A DNA stretch of 36,589 bases from Eubacteriales bacterium (GCA_045646755.1 JAZRLJ010000012.1:1-36589); one strand, 5' to 3'; counted from the stretch's first letter, positions 6,597 through 14,945 are shown. Notes: generated by a model from the letters alone, not told the origin. Program-made: numbers and translations.

Positions 6597-6839
6597 ATGG
6601 GAATGGGAGACCCTAAAAAGCCGTTTGAGCCGAACATGGGTAACACCATTAAATGTGACGTTACGGGCAGACTGCACAACAAAATATCCGTGCTTTCCTG
6701 CCCTCATCCGTCCGTAATAGAAAAATACGGCTTTAACGGTTCGGCAAACGTCGGGTTCGATGTGTGTATGAAATGCAAGTACGGAATTAAGCCAAAAATG
6801 ATTGGCGGTGTAATGTGCGGATATAAGGAGCAAAAATGA
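6597..6839 (+). CDS. Cys-rich hypothetical protein
   Basis: 80 aa, tightly packed between its neighbours, with an ATGA-type overlap at its 3' end. Confidence 0.6.
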   Translation: MGMGDPKKPFEPNMGNTIKCDVTGRLHNKISVLSCPHPSVIEKYGFNGSANVGFDVCMKCKYGIKPKMIGGVMCGYKEQK

Positions 6840-7369
6840 AAATAGATTATGCGAGTTTGATAAAAGATTGTGTGAGTATGCAAGATGTTATAGGTATGTA
6901 TTTATCCGGTGTGCAGAGAAGAGGCAACCGAATAGCCTGCCCTTTTCACGGCGGCAAGATGACAAACCTCGGCTTTAACCGAAACGCTTATAACTGCTTT
7001 GTCTGCGGTGAAAAAGGTGACACACTCCAATTCGTAAAAAAGTTGTTTTCATTAACCTTCCCTGAGACGATAGCAAAGCTCAACGACGATTTTGCTTTGG
7101 GACTTCCCATATCAAGCAGCGTTACGCCTTCTGAGGTTGAAATTTTAGCGCAGAGGCAAAAAGATATACGCAATAGGCTTACGGAAGAGGAACGAAAAAG
7201 GAACGAGGAAGAGCAAAAATATTGGCAGTTGTATGACAACCTCATAACCTACGATATAGCTAAAACTCGTTACGCTCCCCAAAGTCCGGACGAGCCGTTA
7301 AATCCGAAATTTATAGAAGCACTTCACAACTACGAAAGAGCTAAACACGAATTTGAAAGGTATAGTTGA
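6836..7369 (+). CDS. CHC2 zinc-finger (DnaG-primase-type) protein without a TOPRIM domain
   Basis: RIACPFHGGKMTNLGFNRNAYNCFVCGEKGDTLQFV is the CHC2 zinc-finger signature. At 177 aa it is too short for a full primase. Confidence 0.75.
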   Translation: MKIDYASLIKDCVSMQDVIGMYLSGVQRRGNRIACPFHGGKMTNLGFNRNAYNCFVCGEKGDTLQFVKKLFSLTFPETIAKLNDDFALGLPISSSVTPSEVEILAQRQKDIRNRLTEEERKRNEEEQKYWQLYDNLITYDIAKTRYAPQSPDEPLNPKFIEALHNYERAKHEFERYS

Positions 7370-7372
7370 TTT

Positions 7373-7780
7373 ATGTACGAATTTACTAAGGCGCAAAGAA
7401 TAACAAAAGTTAAAGTTCATTACATATTCGAGCCTCGCCCTTGCCCTGAATGCGGCAAGATGTTCATTCCTGCTCCAATGCACGTATACAAAAACGGACT
7501 TGACGATCTTGTCTGTACGTATACTTGTATGCTCAAGGCACGTCGCAGAGAAGAAGCCGAGGAGGCTGAAAAAGAAGCAAAGAAAAAGGCAGAATTAACA
7601 GCGAAATATAAGGAACGAGCCGATGTTGTTAAGGAAGCAAAGAAATACGGTTTTAAGAATTCAAGAGGCCGCATCACAGCTAAAGTTGCCAGAGAAGCAA
7701 AAGAATTTATGGACGAAGTAAGGAGAAAAGAAAATGAGAGCAAGATACTCAGCGAAGACACTACCTGCAGGAGCACTTAA
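7373..7780 (+). CDS. Hypothetical protein with a zinc ribbon and a Lys/Glu-rich helix
   Basis: 135 aa with CPECG...CTYTC followed by a charged low-complexity segment. Confidence 0.65.
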   Translation: MYEFTKAQRITKVKVHYIFEPRPCPECGKMFIPAPMHVYKNGLDDLVCTYTCMLKARRREEAEEAEKEAKKKAELTAKYKERADVVKEAKKYGFKNSRGRITAKVAREAKEFMDEVRRKENESKILSEDTTCRST

Positions 7781-8054
7781 AGCCTGCCGAGATTATCTGT
7801 ATAACTATCAGCAGGCAATTAACTTCAGGTTCATGGCAGTTATGGCACTTGCATTATCGGATCGTCTCAAATTCGATCAAGAACAAATTGCTGACATTTG
7901 GAACGCAGTTTGCGAGATCTGCACCGGCTACAACGAGGACGTATACGGCAATAACAAAGATATTGATGACGTTGAGCTGATGAACGACGTTCTGATCGCT
8001 GAGCTGAAGGACAGAGGTATCAATATTGAGAGGTCTTACAAGTATTTGAGGTGA
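7734..8054 (+). CDS. Hypothetical protein
   Basis: 106 aa. An AAGGAG SD lies upstream of ATG 7734. It overlaps the end of the previous ORF. Confidence 0.65.
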   Translation: MRARYSAKTLPAGALKACRDYLYNYQQAINFRFMAVMALALSDRLKFDQEQIADIWNAVCEICTGYNEDVYGNNKDIDDVELMNDVLIAELKDRGINIERSYKYLR

Positions 8055-8060
8055 AAATAG

Positions 8061-8678
8061 ATGATAAAAACTGAAATAATCAAAATCAAGGGTGATTGGC
8101 AAGAAGTTGTTGATGATTGTCGTTCTACTGTAGGAAAGGAATCTCTCGGGAAAGAGCCGAGAGAAGAATTCAAGCGCGGGATATTGATTTCGGAACATTC
8201 CCCGATTCGAGATATAATCATTAAATGGCGATGGGCAGATATGCCACATTGGGTGACAGTTCATTGGGTGCGGCATAAGTGGGAAAAATTTGTGCGATCT
8301 CAACGAACAGACCGCACAGGTATTGACCGCGCCAAGCTCACGCAAGATGAGCCGCAGACGTTTATAGGCGAAGCGAATGCACAACACCTCATCGACTCGT
8401 GGCGAAAGAGACTTTGTTATATGGCTTCGCCTGAAACAAGGGAATATGCGGAAGATTTCAAGTTTGTTCTTCAACCAATACAGCCCGAAATATCGGACAC
8501 TCTTGTACCGAACTGTATTTACCGTTGCGGTTGCCCCGAAATGTCGGGATGTGGTTGGTTTGACAAGATGGCGGCAAAATATCCTGCGTTAAAAAGCACG
8601 AATATTAAAGAGCGCTACGATGAGTATAACAAGATTTTTGAAGAGATATGCTTGAGAAAGGAAGATGAGGGGAAATGA
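8061..8678 (+). CDS. ThyX-like (flavin-dependent thymidylate synthase fold) protein
   Basis: SEHSPIRDIIIKWRWADMPHWVTVHWVRHKWEKFVRSQRTDR aligns by eye with the ThyX core EH..FtF.v....r.v..Q..RHR....S.qSqRY, with RHK in place of RHR. Confidence 0.5.
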   Translation: MIKTEIIKIKGDWQEVVDDCRSTVGKESLGKEPREEFKRGILISEHSPIRDIIIKWRWADMPHWVTVHWVRHKWEKFVRSQRTDRTGIDRAKLTQDEPQTFIGEANAQHLIDSWRKRLCYMASPETREYAEDFKFVLQPIQPEISDTLVPNCIYRCGCPEMSGCGWFDKMAAKYPALKSTNIKERYDEYNKIFEEICLRKEDEGK

Positions 8679-8681
8679 AAG
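8654..8681 (+). repeat. Left copy of an exact 28-bp direct repeat
   Basis: GAGAAAGGAAGATGAGGGGAAATGAAAG is identical at 8654-8681 and 9410-9437. It spans a gene's last codons, the SD, the stop and the next start codon. Confidence 0.9.
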
Positions 8682-9289
8682 TTTTAGTAGCGTGTGAAGA
8701 AAGCCAAACTGTTTGCAAAGCGTTCCGCAGAAGAGGGCACGAAGCATATTCTTGTGATATTCAAGAGTGTAGCGGTGGACATCCTGAATGGCACATACAG
8801 GGTGATGTATTGCCGTTGCTGAAAGAAAAGTGGGATTTGATTATTGCTCACCCTCCCTGTCAGTTCTTAACCAATACAGGAAATCCTTATTTGAATGTTG
8901 AAAAGTGGGGAGAAAAAGCAATACAAAGAGCAAAAGACAGAGAGAAAGCATTTGAATTTTTTATGCAGTTTGCAAACGCTAATTGCGATAAAATCTGCAT
9001 TGAAAACCCTATTGGCTATCCGAACACACATTATAGAAAACCAAATCAAATAATTCAGCCGTGGCAATTTGGACACCCATTTACAAAGGCAACTTGTTTG
9101 TGGTTGAAAGGTTTAGAGCCGTTAAAGCATTTTGTGACAGAAAAACCGAAAAATTGTAAATCTTATGCTTATGAAACTATGATTGACGAAAGAGGTAAAA
9201 CAATTTCTTGGAATAGTGAATTGAGCCGTAAATTAAGAAGCAAAACATTTGATGGCATAGCCGAAGCAATGGCAGAACAGTGGGGGTGA
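8675..9289 (+). CDS. Minimal C5-cytosine-methyltransferase-like protein
   Basis: 204 aa. Motifs seen are IAHPPCQFLT (PCQ, motif IV), CIENPIG (ENV-like, motif VI) and a C-terminal RSKTFDGIAEAMAEQW (motif X-like). It is too short to carry a normal target-recognition domain. Confidence 0.5.
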   Translation: MKVLVACEESQTVCKAFRRRGHEAYSCDIQECSGGHPEWHIQGDVLPLLKEKWDLIIAHPPCQFLTNTGNPYLNVEKWGEKAIQRAKDREKAFEFFMQFANANCDKICIENPIGYPNTHYRKPNQIIQPWQFGHPFTKATCLWLKGLEPLKHFVTEKPKNCKSYAYETMIDERGKTISWNSELSRKLRSKTFDGIAEAMAEQWG

Positions 9290-9308
9290 TACAGTGCAAA
9301 AATACATA

Positions 9309-9434
9309 ATGGTAAAAGCGACAGAGGAATACCGAAACGAAGTGCGAAAAATGGCACACAAACACGAAATGACAATATCAGCCTTTATTCGTTGGCTGAT
9401 AGATAAGCAGAGAAAGGAAGATGAGGGGAAATGA
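9309..9434 (+). CDS. 41-aa ribbon-helix-helix-like protein
   Basis: MVKATEEYRNEVRKMAHKHEMTISAFIRWLIDKQRKEDEGK has an RHH-type pattern (b-strand, then ...MTISAFIRWLI). GTG 9294 is an alternative start. It ends in the 28-bp repeat. Confidence 0.5.
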   Translation: MVKATEEYRNEVRKMAHKHEMTISAFIRWLIDKQRKEDEGK

Positions 9435-9437
9435 AAG
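9410..9437 (+). repeat. Right copy of the exact 28-bp direct repeat
   Basis: Identical to 8654-8681. Confidence 0.9.
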
Positions 9438-9649
9438 AACAATATGCTTGTAATGTAAATTGTCCGCATTATTATAGTAAGTTTAATAATTGCGTGTTTT
9501 ATTTGGACTTGGCAACAGGAATGTGCGACACGATTTCATATAACCATAACATAAAGAGATTTTGTCCGTATGCAAAAGAAAATACCATACTTGGCGAATA
9601 TCGTGATGAAGAAGCCCACCCAACCGAGAAAGGCGGTGTGCAGGAATGA
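9431..9649 (+). CDS. Cys-rich hypothetical protein
   Basis: 72 aa with an ATGA overlap to the upstream stop. Confidence 0.6.
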   Translation: MKEQYACNVNCPHYYSKFNNCVFYLDLATGMCDTISYNHNIKRFCPYAKENTILGEYRDEEAHPTEKGGVQE

Positions 9650-9753
9650 GTGAACTTGCGTTGTTTTTCTATGTTGGCGTTCCTCTTTGTTTGGTAGCAA
9701 GATATTTGAGAAAGATTAGTATATATCTCGAAGAAAAAGGCGGTGGGGAGTGA
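9646..9753 (+). CDS. 35-aa small membrane peptide
   Basis: An ATGA overlap links it to the upstream gene, and a GAAAGGCGGTG SD precedes it. Translation: MSELALFFYVGVPLCLVARYLRKISIYLEEKGGGE (one TM helix). Confidence 0.45.
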   Translation: MSELALFFYVGVPLCLVARYLRKISIYLEEKGGGE

Positions 9754-9939
9754 ATGACAACACTTGAATTTATGGAAAAAGAGTTGGGCAAACACAAATT
9801 AAATCTTGAAAGACAAACAGAGAGAAATGCTCCTATTGAAGATGTTGAAAATATTAAGATAAAAATATCACATTATGAGAAAGTGTGCGAATTGTTGAAA
9901 GGCGGTGGGAATAATGATTGCACAAGGTTTGGAACTTAA
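9754..9939 (+). CDS. Small coiled-coil hypothetical protein
   Basis: 61 aa. The ATG directly follows the upstream TGA, with an AAAGGCGGTGGGG SD. Confidence 0.55.
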   Translation: MTTLEFMEKELGKHKLNLERQTERNAPIEDVENIKIKISHYEKVCELLKGGGNNDCTRFGT

Positions 9940-10681
9940 CAAAATCTATAATATGGATTGTATTGAGGGAATGAGAATGTTGCCCGATAAGTGTATAGAT
10001 CTGATTCTTTGCGATATGCCTTATAAGGAAACAGGGAATAAATGGGATAAAAGCTTTCCTTTAGATAGGGCTTGTCAAGAATTTGAAAGGCTTATTAAAG
10101 AAGATGGAGCTATTGTTTTGACGGGAACATTTAGATTTGGAGTGCAGTTGTTTAATCAAATGCCTCATCTTTATAAATATGATTGGGTGTGGGAAAAAGA
10201 CAATGGTACTAATGCTCCAAATGTAAATTATCAACCATTTAGAATACACGAGAATGTATATGTGTTTGGTAAAGGTAGAGTAACAAACGGAACGAGAATC
10301 CCTATGAAATATTTTCCACAAAAGACAGCGGGAAAACCATATTGCCAAAAAAGCGGAAGAATGAGCGAGAATTGGAAGGGAGGGCTTGGAACGGTCATTA
10401 CTGACAATAAAGACGGTAAAAGACACCCTAAAACAATTCAAAAATTTGTTCGTGATAAAAAGGGGCTTCACCCTACGCAAAAACCGATTGCAATGATGGA
10501 ATATTTTGTGAAAACATACACAAACGAGAATGATACAGTATTAGATTGTTGTATAGGAAGTGGAACAACTGCGGTTGCTTGTGTCAAGAACAACAGAAAC
10601 TATATCGGTTTTGAACTTTCCAAAGAGTATTGCGAAATAGCAGAACAGAGGATTGCAGAATCGAAAGGCGGTGAGGGGTGA
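9914..10681 (+). CDS. DNA methyltransferase, N6-adenine/N4-cytosine family (beta class)
   Basis: DLILCDMPY is a D/SPPY-type motif IV. HPTQKPIAMMEYFVKTYTNENDTVLDCCIGSGTTAVA contains motif I (FxGxG). I prefer ATG 9914 after GGCGGTGGG over the track's GTG 9905. Confidence 0.85.
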   Translation: MIAQGLELNKIYNMDCIEGMRMLPDKCIDLILCDMPYKETGNKWDKSFPLDRACQEFERLIKEDGAIVLTGTFRFGVQLFNQMPHLYKYDWVWEKDNGTNAPNVNYQPFRIHENVYVFGKGRVTNGTRIPMKYFPQKTAGKPYCQKSGRMSENWKGGLGTVITDNKDGKRHPKTIQKFVRDKKGLHPTQKPIAMMEYFVKTYTNENDTVLDCCIGSGTTAVACVKNNRNYIGFELSKEYCEIAEQRIAESKGGEG

Positions 10682-10959
10682 TGGATGAATTGTTGCCTTG
10701 TCCGTTTTGTGGGGGAGAAATGATCGTTTCTCCATTTATTTATAAGGTTTTAGAGTTGCCGAAACCAATAAAATTATTTGGAAGATGGTCACTAATCAAA
10801 CAAAGATACAGAGAGTTGCCAATAAATTACACGGTTGATTGTGATGATTTTTGCGATGGTTGGTGTAATTCAAAAATATTCATAGTTGAAGAAACAGAGG
10901 AAAAAGCAATAAACGCTTGGAACACACGCACACCAAAAGAAAGAGGTGGGGAGAAGTGA
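10678..10959 (+). CDS. Lar-family restriction-alleviation-like protein
   Basis: An N-terminal LLPCPFCGGE and a C-terminal EEKAINAWNTRTP match the Lar family pattern (PCPFCGG ... A..AWN.R). Confidence 0.65.
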   Translation: MMDELLPCPFCGGEMIVSPFIYKVLELPKPIKLFGRWSLIKQRYRELPINYTVDCDDFCDGWCNSKIFIVEETEEKAINAWNTRTPKERGGEK

Positions 10960-11198
10960 AAAGGCAAAGAATTGACAAATGCCCTCATTGCAATTCCGAT
11001 TGTGGTGTTTTTGTGAAAATAGATTTGATAAATGTACCGAAAAACCTAAATTTTGACGGCACTGATGCTTATAATGGCGAAATGTATGACAATGCAGAAA
11101 AAATAATCGAAAAACCTACTGTGTATTGTCAAAAATGTGGAAAAGCAATATGCAGATGGGACAAGTTCTGTGCGGCGAACGATATTATACCATTTTGA
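10956..11198 (+). CDS. Zinc-ribbon protein, function unknown
   Basis: A GTGA overlap with the upstream stop follows an AGAGGTGGGGAG SD. The protein has CPHCNSDC ... CQKCGKAIC. Confidence 0.55.
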   Translation: MKRQRIDKCPHCNSDCGVFVKIDLINVPKNLNFDGTDAYNGEMYDNAEKIIEKPTVYCQKCGKAICRWDKFCAANDIIPF

Positions 11199-11215
11199 TA
11201 TAAGGCGGTGATACA

Positions 11216-11488
11216 TTGGATAACATACAGAATTTGATATTGCTCGATGTAAAAACAAAGCAAGACAAATATTCAAATTATATTGTAATGACTTTCACAT
11301 TCAAGTTAAAGAAATTGCCGAAAGATATGTTTTTGTTAAACGATTTGGCAAACCAAAAAATAAAAGAAATATTGTGTTTTGATTTTTACGATTTAGGCGG
11401 TAGTCGTTGGGCGGATTGCAGTTGCAAAACTATTGAAAAAAGTATTATGTTTACTATTACGGATAAGGTGGTATATAAAGATGAATAA
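11216..11488 (+). CDS. Hypothetical protein
   Basis: 90 aa with a TTG start after an AAGGCGGTG SD. Confidence 0.55.
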   Translation: MDNIQNLILLDVKTKQDKYSNYIVMTFTFKLKKLPKDMFLLNDLANQKIKEILCFDFYDLGGSRWADCSCKTIEKSIMFTITDKVVYKDE

Positions 11489-11858
11489 CATGCAAATGGA
11501 TGATTTGTTGCAAGAATGGAAAACAAGATTAGGACTTCACGATTGGCGCATTAAATTGAGACCAAATTGCTGTCCCGAAGAAATGGAACATGAAAACTGC
11601 GTAGGGTGTACCGATTGGACGGAATCCGGAAAAACGGCAAGGATCGACATATTAGACGAAAGCTATTACGGCAAACGCGTCGTCCCGTTTGACTTTGAAA
11701 AAACGCTTGTTCATGAGTTGCTGCACCTCAAGCTATGTCTCGTGAGCAGCAACGTAGATGATTTTCAGGAGAGATATATGCACCAAATTATCGACGATTT
11801 AGCAAGAGCGTTTGTTGACGCTAAAAAAGAAAGGACTTGTTTTGAAAAAAGAACTTAA
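11481..11858 (+). CDS. HExxH-motif protein (putative metallopeptidase-like)
   Basis: ATG 11481 follows an AAGGTGG SD. The motif is TLVHELLHLKL. Confidence 0.6.
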   Translation: MNNMQMDDLLQEWKTRLGLHDWRIKLRPNCCPEEMEHENCVGCTDWTESGKTARIDILDESYYGKRVVPFDFEKTLVHELLHLKLCLVSSNVDDFQERYMHQIIDDLARAFVDAKKERTCFEKRT

Positions 11859-12171
11859 TTGGAACAACGAATACAGTGAAAGATTTGATGAACTCCGGAA
11901 AAACAGAGTGGAGGTCAGCTTCTATAAGTATGGATCGGCAAAGCGTAATTTTGGTGAGCATTTCACTTGTGCAACGGACAACCTTATGCTGTGCCTTGAG
12001 AAATACAAGGAAACACACAATACCGAATATTTATGCGACGTAGCAAACTACGCCATGTTCGAGTATATGTATCCGCAATACACAAACGCATTCTTTAAGC
12101 CGACGGACAGCTCCGAGAGTGCCGGTATCGTTGGGTTCTGCGAGAAAGATTTGGAAGTTGACGAGCGATAA
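11842..12171 (+). CDS. Hypothetical protein
   Basis: I prefer TTG 11842 after AGAAAGGA over the track start 11812. About 109 aa. Confidence 0.55.
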   Translation: MKKELNWNNEYSERFDELRKNRVEVSFYKYGSAKRNFGEHFTCATDNLMLCLEKYKETHNTEYLCDVANYAMFEYMYPQYTNAFFKPTDSSESAGIVGFCEKDLEVDER

Positions 12172-12189
12172 TGTAACATTATGTTACAT
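12171..12189. repeat. Perfect 9-bp-arm palindrome
   Basis: ATGTAACAT-T-ATGTTACAT lies immediately after a stop codon and ahead of the primase-helicase gene. Confidence 0.8.
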
Positions 12190-12281
12190 AAATAAATTTA
12201 GAAAATATATACAAACTTTGCGTTTTGCCTATTTAAAAGTGCTGCAAAGGAATGTAAAATATATAGAAAGGATGTGATAAT

Positions 12282-13712
12282 TTGACTGAGGAACATATTG
12301 AACGAATGGACGCAAAGGAAGTTCTAAGCAGCATTGAGGTCATAATGGATCTCCCTACCATAGAACGAATGACAGCACAGATGCTTCTGAAAAAGAGGGC
12401 AAAAGAACTTCGGATATTGAGCGCTTTTTCTGCTGCACTACGGTCTTTTCAAGTTCAAGATATGGTTGAAGTATCGGGCGTTATGCTTGAGGTCAACGAG
12501 CGTGGTATCATAAGACAGAGCCGTGACAACTTTCTTGCAGTTATGAAAACTGATCCGATGTTTTCTAAAGTGAGATATAACGTTTTGCGAAATGCTCCCG
12601 AAGTTGAAGAAAACGGACAAAAACGCCGTGTTTCAGACACCGACGACTCGATATGGAAAACATATATTGAGAAGGTATATAAACTTGACAGCGAGTCAAA
12701 ATATAAAGATGCATTCCGAGGCTTGCTTGAGGAAAGGTCTTATGACCCCGTAAAAGATTTGTTTGAAACTCTCGAATGGGACGGCACCCCGAGGTTAGAG
12801 AAATTTCTGATTCGGTGGTTAAAAGTAGAGGACTCTCCATATAGCCGTGAGGTCTCTCGTCTCATATTCGCAGGCGGTGTAAATCGTTTATACAATCCCG
12901 GTTGCAAATTTGACGATATGCCCGTTCTGATCGGCACAAGACAGGGTGAGGGTAAGTCAACTATTGTGCAATGGTTAGCAATGGACGATGAGTTCTATTC
13001 GGAGGCTGTAGACTTCGTTGGGCAGTCCAGCATAGAGCAACTTGAGGGCGCTTGGGTATGCGAGGTCAGCGAGCTTCTCGCTTTGACTAAAGCAAAGGAA
13101 CAGGAGGCCGTTAAAGCATACATAACAAGGCAGACCGACAAATACCGCAAACCTTATGATACACACACAACAGAAATACCGAGACGCTGCGTTTTTATCG
13201 GCACGACCAATAAACGCCAATTCTTAAAAGATTTGAGCGGAGGTCGTAGATTTTACCCGGTTGTAGTTAATAGCGTCGGTTATGAACTATTCAAGGAAGA
13301 AGCGGAATGTCGAGCGTATATCAAGCAATGTTGGGCAGAGGCAAAGGTGAAGTATATGCAGGGCAATATGCCAGCCTATGCTAACCAAGAATACGTTGAA
13401 CAGTACCGTGCAGCTCAATCCGAAGCATCAGAGGACGATTGGCGAATCGGTGTTATTGAGATGTATCTTGACAGGAAAGCAGAGGGCGATACAGTTTGTG
13501 TTAAAGAGATATGCGACAAGGCGCTCTCACGCAATCCCGATATGCCTGATGCGTTCAACAAAGCCGACAGAGCAGAGATAGCGCAGATAATGGACAAGCT
13601 GGACGGATGGGAACGGTGCAGTACCATAAGGACAAGGGATTATGGTATACAAAGGGGATGGGTAAAAACCTCGATGGTTAATCAAGACGGGGATTTGCCA
13701 TTTACGGATTAG
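12282..13712 (+). CDS. VirE-family / P4-type primase-helicase C-terminal domain protein (replication initiator ATPase)
   Basis: 476 aa. Walker A is LIGTRQGEGKSTIVQWL. The context WVCEVSEL...KAYITRQTDKYRKPYD...RRCVFIGTTN is typical of virulence-associated protein E family proteins. Confidence 0.8.
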   Translation: MTEEHIERMDAKEVLSSIEVIMDLPTIERMTAQMLLKKRAKELRILSAFSAALRSFQVQDMVEVSGVMLEVNERGIIRQSRDNFLAVMKTDPMFSKVRYNVLRNAPEVEENGQKRRVSDTDDSIWKTYIEKVYKLDSESKYKDAFRGLLEERSYDPVKDLFETLEWDGTPRLEKFLIRWLKVEDSPYSREVSRLIFAGGVNRLYNPGCKFDDMPVLIGTRQGEGKSTIVQWLAMDDEFYSEAVDFVGQSSIEQLEGAWVCEVSELLALTKAKEQEAVKAYITRQTDKYRKPYDTHTTEIPRRCVFIGTTNKRQFLKDLSGGRRFYPVVVNSVGYELFKEEAECRAYIKQCWAEAKVKYMQGNMPAYANQEYVEQYRAAQSEASEDDWRIGVIEMYLDRKAEGDTVCVKEICDKALSRNPDMPDAFNKADRAEIAQIMDKLDGWERCSTIRTRDYGIQRGWVKTSMVNQDGDLPFTD

Positions 13713-13720
13713 GTAAAAGT

Positions 13721-13977
13721 GTAAACTATCATTGAGATAGTTTACAGATAGTTTACAGATGGTTTACGCCCAAAAAACAGTACCACAGGCTGATTTTTTT
13801 TACTTTGTAAACTATGTAAACTTAAAAAATAGAAAAATATTTATAAAAGATATAAAAATTCAATATAAAAGGTTTTTGCATATACGATAGTTTCGTTTAC
13901 AACTTTGCAAAAAAACAGCATAGAGCAGTACGGGATACTTGTTTTTTTAATGTAAACCAACTTTTGAGATAGTTTAT
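13721..13977. repeat. Iteron cluster with an AT-rich tract: putative phage replication origin
   Basis: Three tandem 11-bp units GAT(A/G)GTTTAC(A/G) sit at 13736-13768. Inverted copies GTAAACTAT occur at 13721-13729, 13807-13815 and 13816-13823. Further copies lie at 13886-13901, 13952-13958 and 13968-13977. An AT-rich core spans 13825-13880. Confidence 0.65.
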
Positions 13978-14000
13978 AAAAATCACGCAGAAAGGATTAA

Positions 14001-14831
14001 ATGGTGTTAAATATGGCAGAAAATAACATAAATGAGCAGAATTATACAGATACTACGGTAATTGAAGCGGCAAACAACACGGATAATGCCAACGTTAAGA
14101 TGGATGTAGCTGAATCGGTGGGCGCAGAGCAGAACGGTGCAGTACAGTCTGTTTCGAATCAGAGTAAGTCCGGTTCGAGTGGTAAGAAGCGAATGGGCAG
14201 ACCGCCAAAGCCGAGAGACCCTAACAAGCCCGAAACGAGAGGTCACAAGACGACGAGGCAGGAAGCGCATGAAAGGAGGGTTAAGGAAGGCATAGAACAC
14301 GCCGCATTGAAAGGATATAGACGACCTGATTTAAAGAAATTTGCAGAGGAAAACTGCCTGCCGGGTGACAATGCCAGAGCGGTGGAGTTTGTTGTCGAGC
14401 TGGGACTATTGCCCCTTGTAGACCTTGCAGATGCTAAAGCGGTTGAATCACGGGTGGTAGAGTTTTTTGAAATTTGTGCCAAGTATGACACCAAACCGCT
14501 AATATCGGGGTTGGCTGATGCGTTAGGAATAGATAGGCGCAGATTGAAGGAGCTTGTTAACGAAACGCCGGGTAGGGAGTTGGGTACGACTTTCGAGTCC
14601 CGGGCGAGTATAAAAAGGGCTTACAATATGATGGAGACTTTATGGGAGCATTATTCGGTCAATGGTAAGATGAACCCGGTCACAGCAATTTTTATGGGCA
14701 AGAACAACTACGGCTATCAGGACAAGGTTGAACTTGTAGCGACTACACAGAGCAAGTTAGTTGATGCGGACGTTGAAAGCTTGGTCGAAGAGGCAAAGCT
14801 GCTTCCGACTTTCACGCACGAAACAGAATAA
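14001..14831 (+). CDS. terS: Terminase small subunit
   Basis: A basic N-terminal region (KKRMGRPPKPRD) is followed by VVEFFEICAKYDTKPLISGLADALGIDRRRLKEL. This matches the TerS pattern YF..C.....P...GLA..LG..R..L. ATG 14013 is an alternative start. Confidence 0.7.
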   Translation: MVLNMAENNINEQNYTDTTVIEAANNTDNANVKMDVAESVGAEQNGAVQSVSNQSKSGSSGKKRMGRPPKPRDPNKPETRGHKTTRQEAHERRVKEGIEHAALKGYRRPDLKKFAEENCLPGDNARAVEFVVELGLLPLVDLADAKAVESRVVEFFEICAKYDTKPLISGLADALGIDRRRLKELVNETPGRELGTTFESRASIKRAYNMMETLWEHYSVNGKMNPVTAIFMGKNNYGYQDKVELVATTQSKLVDADVESLVEEAKLLPTFTHETE

Positions 14832-14833
14832 AA

Positions 14834-14859
14834 GAGTCGGAGCGACTTTGCTCCGACTC
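14834..14859 (+). terminator. Perfect 10-bp hairpin directly after terS
   Basis: GAGTCGGAGC-GACTTT-GCTCCGACTC. A T5 run appears only about 20 nt downstream (14882-14886), so terminator function is uncertain. Confidence 0.5.
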
Positions 14860-14945
14860 TGCGACTTTATGGCGACTTTGCTTTTTAGGGATTGCTTTAT
14901 CAACCGGGGTACAAATTGGCACCCTCTACCGACTCTACCGACTCT
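14843..14945 (+). repeat. Six direct copies of CGACT(T/C)T
   Basis: Copies start at 14843, 14854, 14862, 14873, 14930 and 14939. The last two belong to a tandem ACCGACTCT x2. Confidence 0.8.

Noticed and set aside
14896-14925. Hin/Gin-type invertase crossover site (TTATCAA...), and an invertible promoter segment flanked by inverted repeats near the recombinase.
   Set aside because: Only one half-site-like TTATCAA is present and the opposite half does not match. I found no convincing inverted-repeat pair flanking 15417-15958 by eye.
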